Shown here: positions 58,000 through 64,000 of the stretch, piece after piece
Numbering within the stretch: position 1 is the first letter of the stretch
Layout of the letters: every line of letters begins with the position of its first letter
Source: an uncultured Chloroflexia bacterium
GTDB taxonomy: Bacteria > Chloroflexota > Limnocylindria > Limnocylindrales > CSP1-4
NCBI GenBank assembly: GCA_963757595.1
Contig: CAVWRX010000007.1
Location: 157,827-221,826, forward strand
Reading direction: 5' to 3'
DNA length: 64,000 bases
Translations under genes and position numbers: made by a program
The notes under the pieces: generated by a model
The model's input: only the letters and a program-made list of their open reading frames with translations
Told to the model about the DNA's origin: nothing
The model's database searches: none

Positions 58000-58668
58000 T
58001 CAGCCCTTCTTCGCGGCGAGGGCCTTCCGGGCGGCGTCCCAGTCAGCGCGGAACTGGACGATGCCCTTGTCGGTGAGCGGGTGATGGACCATCTGCTGGA
58101 AGATCTTGAAGGGGAGCGTCGCGATGTGGGCCCCGGCGAGGGCCGACTCCGTGACGTGCCGCGGGTGACGGATCGAGGCCGACAGGACCTCCGAATCGAT
58201 CTCGTGGAAGCGGATGATGTCCGACAGCTCGCGGATGACGATCATCCCTTCCTCGTTGATGTCGTCCAGCCGGCCGACGAACGGCGAGAGCAGCGAAGCC
58301 CCCGCCTTTGCCGCGAGGAGTCCCTGGTTGGCGGTGAAGATCAGCGTGCAGTTGGTCCGGATTCCCTCGGCCGCGAAGCGGCTGATCGCCTGGAGACCGG
58401 TTTCCGACATGGGAACCTTGACGTAGATGTTGTCGGCCAGCTTGGCAAAGTGCCGGCCCTCCTTGAGCATGCCGTCGACGTCCTCGGCCACGACCTCGGC
58501 GGAGACCGGCCCGTCGGTGATCGAACAGATCTCCTTGAGGACCTCGTCGTACGTCTTGCCCGAGGTCCTCGCGAACAGCGTCGGGTTCGTGGTGACGCCG
58601 TCGAGGACGCCCCAGCTGGCGACGGTGCGGATCTCGTCGATTTCGGCGGTGTCGAGGAAGAGCTTCAT
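58000..58668 (-). CDS. tal: Transaldolase (short Fsa/TalC-type)
   Basis: MKLFLDTAEIDEIR, the active-site Lys region GVTTNPTLF, and 222 aa from ATG 58668. Confidence 0.88.
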   Translation of the reverse strand: MKLFLDTAEIDEIRTVASWGVLDGVTTNPTLFARTSGKTYDEVLKEICSITDGPVSAEVVAEDVDGMLKEGRHFAKLADNIYVKVPMSETGLQAISRFAAEGIRTNCTLIFTANQGLLAAKAGASLLSPFVGRLDDINEEGMIVIRELSDIIRFHEIDSEVLSASIRHPRHVTESALAGAHIATLPFKIFQQMVHHPLTDKGIVQFRADWDAARKALAAKKG

Positions 58669-58736
58669 GGTGCGACAGGACTCCGTGGCGGGGACCGCGC
58701 TCGCGGGAATGGGAGAGGACGGACCGAGCGCCGATT

Positions 58737-59528
58737 CTACTGCCGCGGAGGGGTCAGCCCGCAGTCGGGGGTCGTGCACAGCTCCAGGCCGAGCTGCGCC
58801 ATGCCCTCGGCGAGCGGCGTGAATCCGAGCCAGCCCCCGAATTGGCGGCTCGTCACGCCAGCCGGAATGCCCCGGACCAGCACCGCGCCCCCGGAGTCGC
58901 CCGGCGCCGCCTGGACGCTCGCCGCAACCATGCAGGGGAAGTACGACCCGTCACCCGAGTTGAGGTTCTGGCCCTTCTCGACGACCGCGCCGCTCCGGTA
59001 GATGCCCCGACCGTCGATCTCGACCTCGTCCCCGAGCGCAATGTCGGAGCAGGCGAGCGGTTGCGTTCCGGACGGAATGATCCGGTAGCCGCCGATGCCC
59101 ATGTCGACCTCGTTCAGGTGCCCCCACGGGATGCGGTCGACGGCGACGATCATGTAGTTGAGGTCCGACGATGCGCACACGTGCCCCGCGTAGGGGCAGG
59201 TCGCGTCCTGCGCCTTCGGCCCGAAGACGCCGCGAACCGTGTGGCCGTCAGGCTCGAAGGCGACCGTGCCCTCGGTCGTGCAGTGCCCGGTCGAGGTGAG
59301 GACGACGGTCTCGCCGTGGCGGGCGTAAAAGCCGCCCGAGCAGTAGCCCCAGAGCTGCTGGCCGGCGAGCACGGGCGGGTCGTAGACCGGAGTGACTCGA
59401 TGTGGCTGCGAGGCGTCCCTGGCGAGCGCCAGGGGACCGCCCATGAAGAGGACGCCCGCGAGCACGCCCACCAGGACGTGACCCGGTCGAATTCGCGTTC
59501 GAGATTGCCCGGTTCGACGTTCGGCCAC
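58737..59528 (-). CDS. Secreted S1-family (chymotrypsin/streptogrisin-like) serine protease
   Basis: Signal peptide, catalytic TSTGHC (His), and APGDSGGAV (Ser). Confidence 0.75.
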   Translation of the reverse strand: MAERRTGQSRTRIRPGHVLVGVLAGVLFMGGPLALARDASQPHRVTPVYDPPVLAGQQLWGYCSGGFYARHGETVVLTSTGHCTTEGTVAFEPDGHTVRGVFGPKAQDATCPYAGHVCASSDLNYMIVAVDRIPWGHLNEVDMGIGGYRIIPSGTQPLACSDIALGDEVEIDGRGIYRSGAVVEKGQNLNSGDGSYFPCMVAASVQAAPGDSGGAVLVRGIPAGVTSRQFGGWLGFTPLAEGMAQLGLELCTTPDCGLTPPRQ

Positions 59529-59632
59529 GACCGCCCTCGGTGCGGGAGCGTGTTGGCGCGCTCCGTCGAGTCAGATCATCGGACGCCTCGCTCGCGGCGT
59601 AACCCGTACGATCGGGCCCCGTGGCGAGGCCG

Positions 59633-61348
<1,716 letters not shown>

Positions 61349-61385
61349 CTACCGGAAGACCGGCTCTGGGGCAACCGGTCCGGAC

Positions 61386-61871
61386 CTAGGAGGCCGCCGG
61401 AGATGGGGTCACGATCGGGCCCGAGGGCGAAGGCGCGAAGGACGGGGGGCCGGGGACGCAGTGCGCATCGGTGGAAGCGGTACCGAGCTCGTTGGTTGCG
61501 GTGAACCGGTAGCAGAAAGCCTGGTCAACCGGGAGGCCGGCCGTCTGGATCGAGACCCGGCCGGCGTCGAGGACGTCTCCAGCGACGGGAAGCGCGGAGT
61601 CGAACGGACCATCGTCCAGGCCGGGGTGATACTCGAGCACGATATCGGTCCGGACGCCCTTCGGATCAACGATCACGGAGATCGTCCATATCCGGCCGTC
61701 GAAGGTCCCCCCAGTGCTCGAGGAGAACCGCACGGACGGCGGTCCGGGCGTCGGGGTGGGGCGGACCGACTCCGTTGGCTCGGCAATCGTCGAGCAGCCA
61801 GCGGCGACCGCGGCGACGGCGAGGCTCAGCCAGGCGATCGCGGTGCTCCGGCCTCCCCGGTCATGGCTCAT
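61386..61871 (-). CDS. Hypothetical lipoprotein
   Basis: Lipobox AVAAGCS. Pro-rich. Confidence 0.55.
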   Translation of the reverse strand: MSHDRGGRSTAIAWLSLAVAAVAAGCSTIAEPTESVRPTPTPGPPSVRFSSSTGGTFDGRIWTISVIVDPKGVRTDIVLEYHPGLDDGPFDSALPVAGDVLDAGRVSIQTAGLPVDQAFCYRFTATNELGTASTDAHCVPGPPSFAPSPSGPIVTPSPAAS

Positions 61872-61912
61872 GGATGACAGGATAGGCCGGGAACCAGGCA
61901 CGGAGGTGGCAC

Positions 61913-62503
61913 GTGGAATTCGCGGAGCTGGTCATGAAACGCCGGACGGTGCGCCGGTTCGAGGATGCACCCGTCGAACGCGAGGCGCTGGAGAAGATCG
62001 CCCGCCTGGCCCAGCACGTGCCCTCGGCGGGCTTCTCCCAAGGCCAGCGGGTGGTGATCGTCACGGACCCTGAGATGCGTCGCCGGGTCGCCGAGACCTG
62101 CGGCGAGACCTATTACGCCGACGCCGGGATGGGCAACTGGATCAGCGAATGCGCGGCCCAGTACATCCCGTGCGTATCGGAGGAGATCTACCACCGCCGC
62201 TACCAGGAGCCGGACAAGACCGGCGACGACGGCGAAGAGGGCGAGTGGCCGACCCCCTACTGGTGGATCGACATCGGCAAGACCTCGATGGTGCTGATGC
62301 TGGCCGCCCACGACGCGGGCCTGGCCGCCGGCTTTGCCGGCCCGCAGGACGTGCCTGCGCTCAAGGCGATCCTCGGGCTGCCCCAGGAGTTCCATCCGAT
62401 CGGGGTCATCCCCGTGGGGCGGCCGCTCCCGGACGTCCGGTCACCATCGCTCAAGCGAGGCTGGGTACCGTTCGAGGACTTCGCCCACTGGGAGCGCTGG
62501 TAG
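61913..62503 (+). CDS. Nitroreductase-family (FMN-dependent) oxidoreductase; an alternative start is 61934
   Basis: RRTVRRFED at the N-terminus and overall nitroreductase-fold length. Confidence 0.7.
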   Translation: MEFAELVMKRRTVRRFEDAPVEREALEKIARLAQHVPSAGFSQGQRVVIVTDPEMRRRVAETCGETYYADAGMGNWISECAAQYIPCVSEEIYHRRYQEPDKTGDDGEEGEWPTPYWWIDIGKTSMVLMLAAHDAGLAAGFAGPQDVPALKAILGLPQEFHPIGVIPVGRPLPDVRSPSLKRGWVPFEDFAHWERW

Positions 62504-62570
62504 GCCGCGCCACGCGGGAGCCGGCGGGGCGCGCGGCAACCGGCCGTGGCGCGCGGGATCCGGCGGAGAA

Positions 62571-63401
62571 CTATTCCTCGCGAGGTCGCCCGGCCGGGGC
62601 CGGTGGGTCCCATCGCCCTTCGCCCCAGACCTCCGGCCCGCAGAACAGCTCCTTTGCGGCGGGGCGAGGCATGAGCGCCGTATCCGGGTCCGCGCGCCAG
62701 GCATCCACGACGCCGGCCAGCCAGCTGTCGATCTCCGCGAACTCCGTCCATCGCCGGAATGGCCAGCCGTTCTCGACGCACAGCTGGAGCAGGGCGTGCT
62801 TCGCGAAGATGCGGTCGGCGTATCCCGCCGCGTACCGATCTGATTCGCCGTCCCCGACGAAGATCACCGCACGCCCGGCCCGCTGGTGCGCGAGGACCCG
62901 GGCACGCTTGCAGGTCCCGCAAACGAAGCACCGCGGATGGCCGTTCGGGAACGCGATGCGCGGCCGCTCGCCGTCCGGGAAGGTCGTGTCGGCGGAGACC
63001 ACCGGCAGGTCACCGACGCCGAGCGCCTCGAGGGCAGCCGGGATGAAGAACCCGAAGCCGTCGCTCACCACCTCGACGGGGATGCCGAGATCTCGCGCGC
63101 GGTGCGCGACGAGGGCAAACCCGGCGTCGTGGGGCTGGGAGGCAGCGAGAGCCCGGAGCTCGCCGGCGGGCGTCGTGATGAGCCCCACCTCCCACTCCAT
63201 CAAGCGTCGCGATCCGGCCAGGCCTGCGTCGTACTCCGCGGCGCGGGCCTCCCACTCATCGGTCACGAATTCGGCCATGAGGGCATCGGAGACATCCGTC
63301 TGGGCCACGGTTCCGTCGTAGTCGACGAGGATCGCGAGGGGCGGCTGGCCGGCTCGCAACGGAGGAGGCGGCGGCGCCGGGGCGGACGGACCCAACGTCA
63401 C
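62571..63401 (-). CDS. HAD-IB family phosphatase (MtnX-like)
   Basis: HAD motif I ILVDYDGTV, motif IV FVGDGESD, and an internal CFVCGTC knuckle as in MtnX-type phosphatases. Confidence 0.65.
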   Translation of the reverse strand: MTLGPSAPAPPPPPLRAGQPPLAILVDYDGTVAQTDVSDALMAEFVTDEWEARAAEYDAGLAGSRRLMEWEVGLITTPAGELRALAASQPHDAGFALVAHRARDLGIPVEVVSDGFGFFIPAALEALGVGDLPVVSADTTFPDGERPRIAFPNGHPRCFVCGTCKRARVLAHQRAGRAVIFVGDGESDRYAAGYADRIFAKHALLQLCVENGWPFRRWTEFAEIDSWLAGVVDAWRADPDTALMPRPAAKELFCGPEVWGEGRWDPPAPAGRPREE

Positions 63402-64000
63402 GATGCCAGCGCCCGCAATCGACCGGCGAGGCGCGCTGCGCTGAAGGCACGCGTGATCGCCACGCCCAGCACGATCACGGCGCCGCCGACGATCTGGGCC
63501 GGCTCGATGCCCTCGGCCAGGAAGATCGCCCCGAGGAGGACCGCGATGAACGGGACGAGGAACTGGAAGGCCGTGATCCGGGTCGGACCGAGGAGCCGGA
63601 TGCCGTGGAAGACGATCACGTTCGCGACGCCGGCCGGGATCAGCGTGGAGTAGACGAAGCCGAGCCAGGCGCCGCCGGATACCGATCCCCAGTGGGCCCC
63701 GGTCGCCTGCAGCATGCCGAGCGGGGCCATTACCAGGCCGCCGCCGACCATGGCCCAGGCCGTGGTCCGGAGCGGCGAGTAGGACGCGAGGAGGGGCGCG
63801 CCCCAGCTCGTGAAGACCGCCCAGCAGATCGCGGCGCTCAGCGTCAGGGCGTCACCGACGAATGACGCACCGAGGCGGAGCCCCGGGCCGGCGACGATCA
63901 CGATCCCGACGCCGATGAACGAGACCACGGCACCCGTGAGCTTTCGACGGGTCAGCGTGTCCGAGCCGGCCACTGCCGCGAGCAGCGCCGTCATGACCGG
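63398..64000 (-). CDS. EamA/DMT transporter, C-terminal portion (N-terminus probably beyond the window edge)
   Basis: Six TM helices. It overlaps the HAD start (ATGA). Confidence 0.6.
   Translation of the reverse strand, partial: PVMTALLAAVAGSDTLTRRKLTGAVVSFIGVGIVIVAGPGLRLGASFVGDALTLSAAICWAVFTSWGAPLLASYSPLRTTAWAMVGGGLVMAPLGMLQATGAHWGSVSGGAWLGFVYSTLIPAGVANVIVFHGIRLLGPTRITAFQFLVPFIAVLLGAIFLAEGIEPAQIVGGAVIVLGVAITRAFSAARLAGRLRALAS

Overview
This is a high-GC (~70%) chromosomal window, most plausibly from an actinobacterium-like Gram-positive lineage. Clues: the mycobacterial-type SOS box TCGAAC-N4-GTTCGA, a leaderless-looking imuA' promoter, a KdpF ending in PEDF, and a DUF5679 mini-protein. Most genes are housekeeping. 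They include lepA (partial), a beta-carbonic anhydrase, rpsT, the glycolytic string gap-pgk-eno, a ROK sugar kinase, a Udp-like nucleoside phosphorylase, leuS, comEA-comEC-holA, rsfS-nadD-obg, rho, ubiE/menG, tal, pyrG, and three tRNAs (Ala-CGC, Tyr-GTA, Ala-GGC).

Four accessory or unusual parts stand out:

1. A roughly 17 kb co-directional minus-strand array. It runs dnaE2 -> kdpD(C-terminal HK half) - kdpE - 85-aa ORF - stand-alone REC - two tandem KdpF-like peptides - kdpA - kdpB - kdpC - kdpD(N-terminal sensor half).

2. A LexA-box-controlled imuA'-imuB mutasome whose dnaE2 partner is separated by opposite-strand genes and has its own SOS box.

3. A tRNA-bounded segment (tRNA-Ala ... tRNA-Tyr ... 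tRNA-Ala). It holds a DUF4118 membrane module reading straight into an SPFH protein, an Arc-like RHH, an ABC-2 exporter pair, a YgjP-like metallopeptidase, and two tandem paralogous secreted proteins.

4. A 1211-aa lamin-tail-domain surface protein.

At least six apparent single-base frameshifts break otherwise conserved genes (rpsT tail, eno, imuB twice, leuS, a GNAT). The assembly is therefore probably indel-prone, and every pseudogene call here is provisional. No CRISPR array, transposase, integrase or prophage signature was seen.
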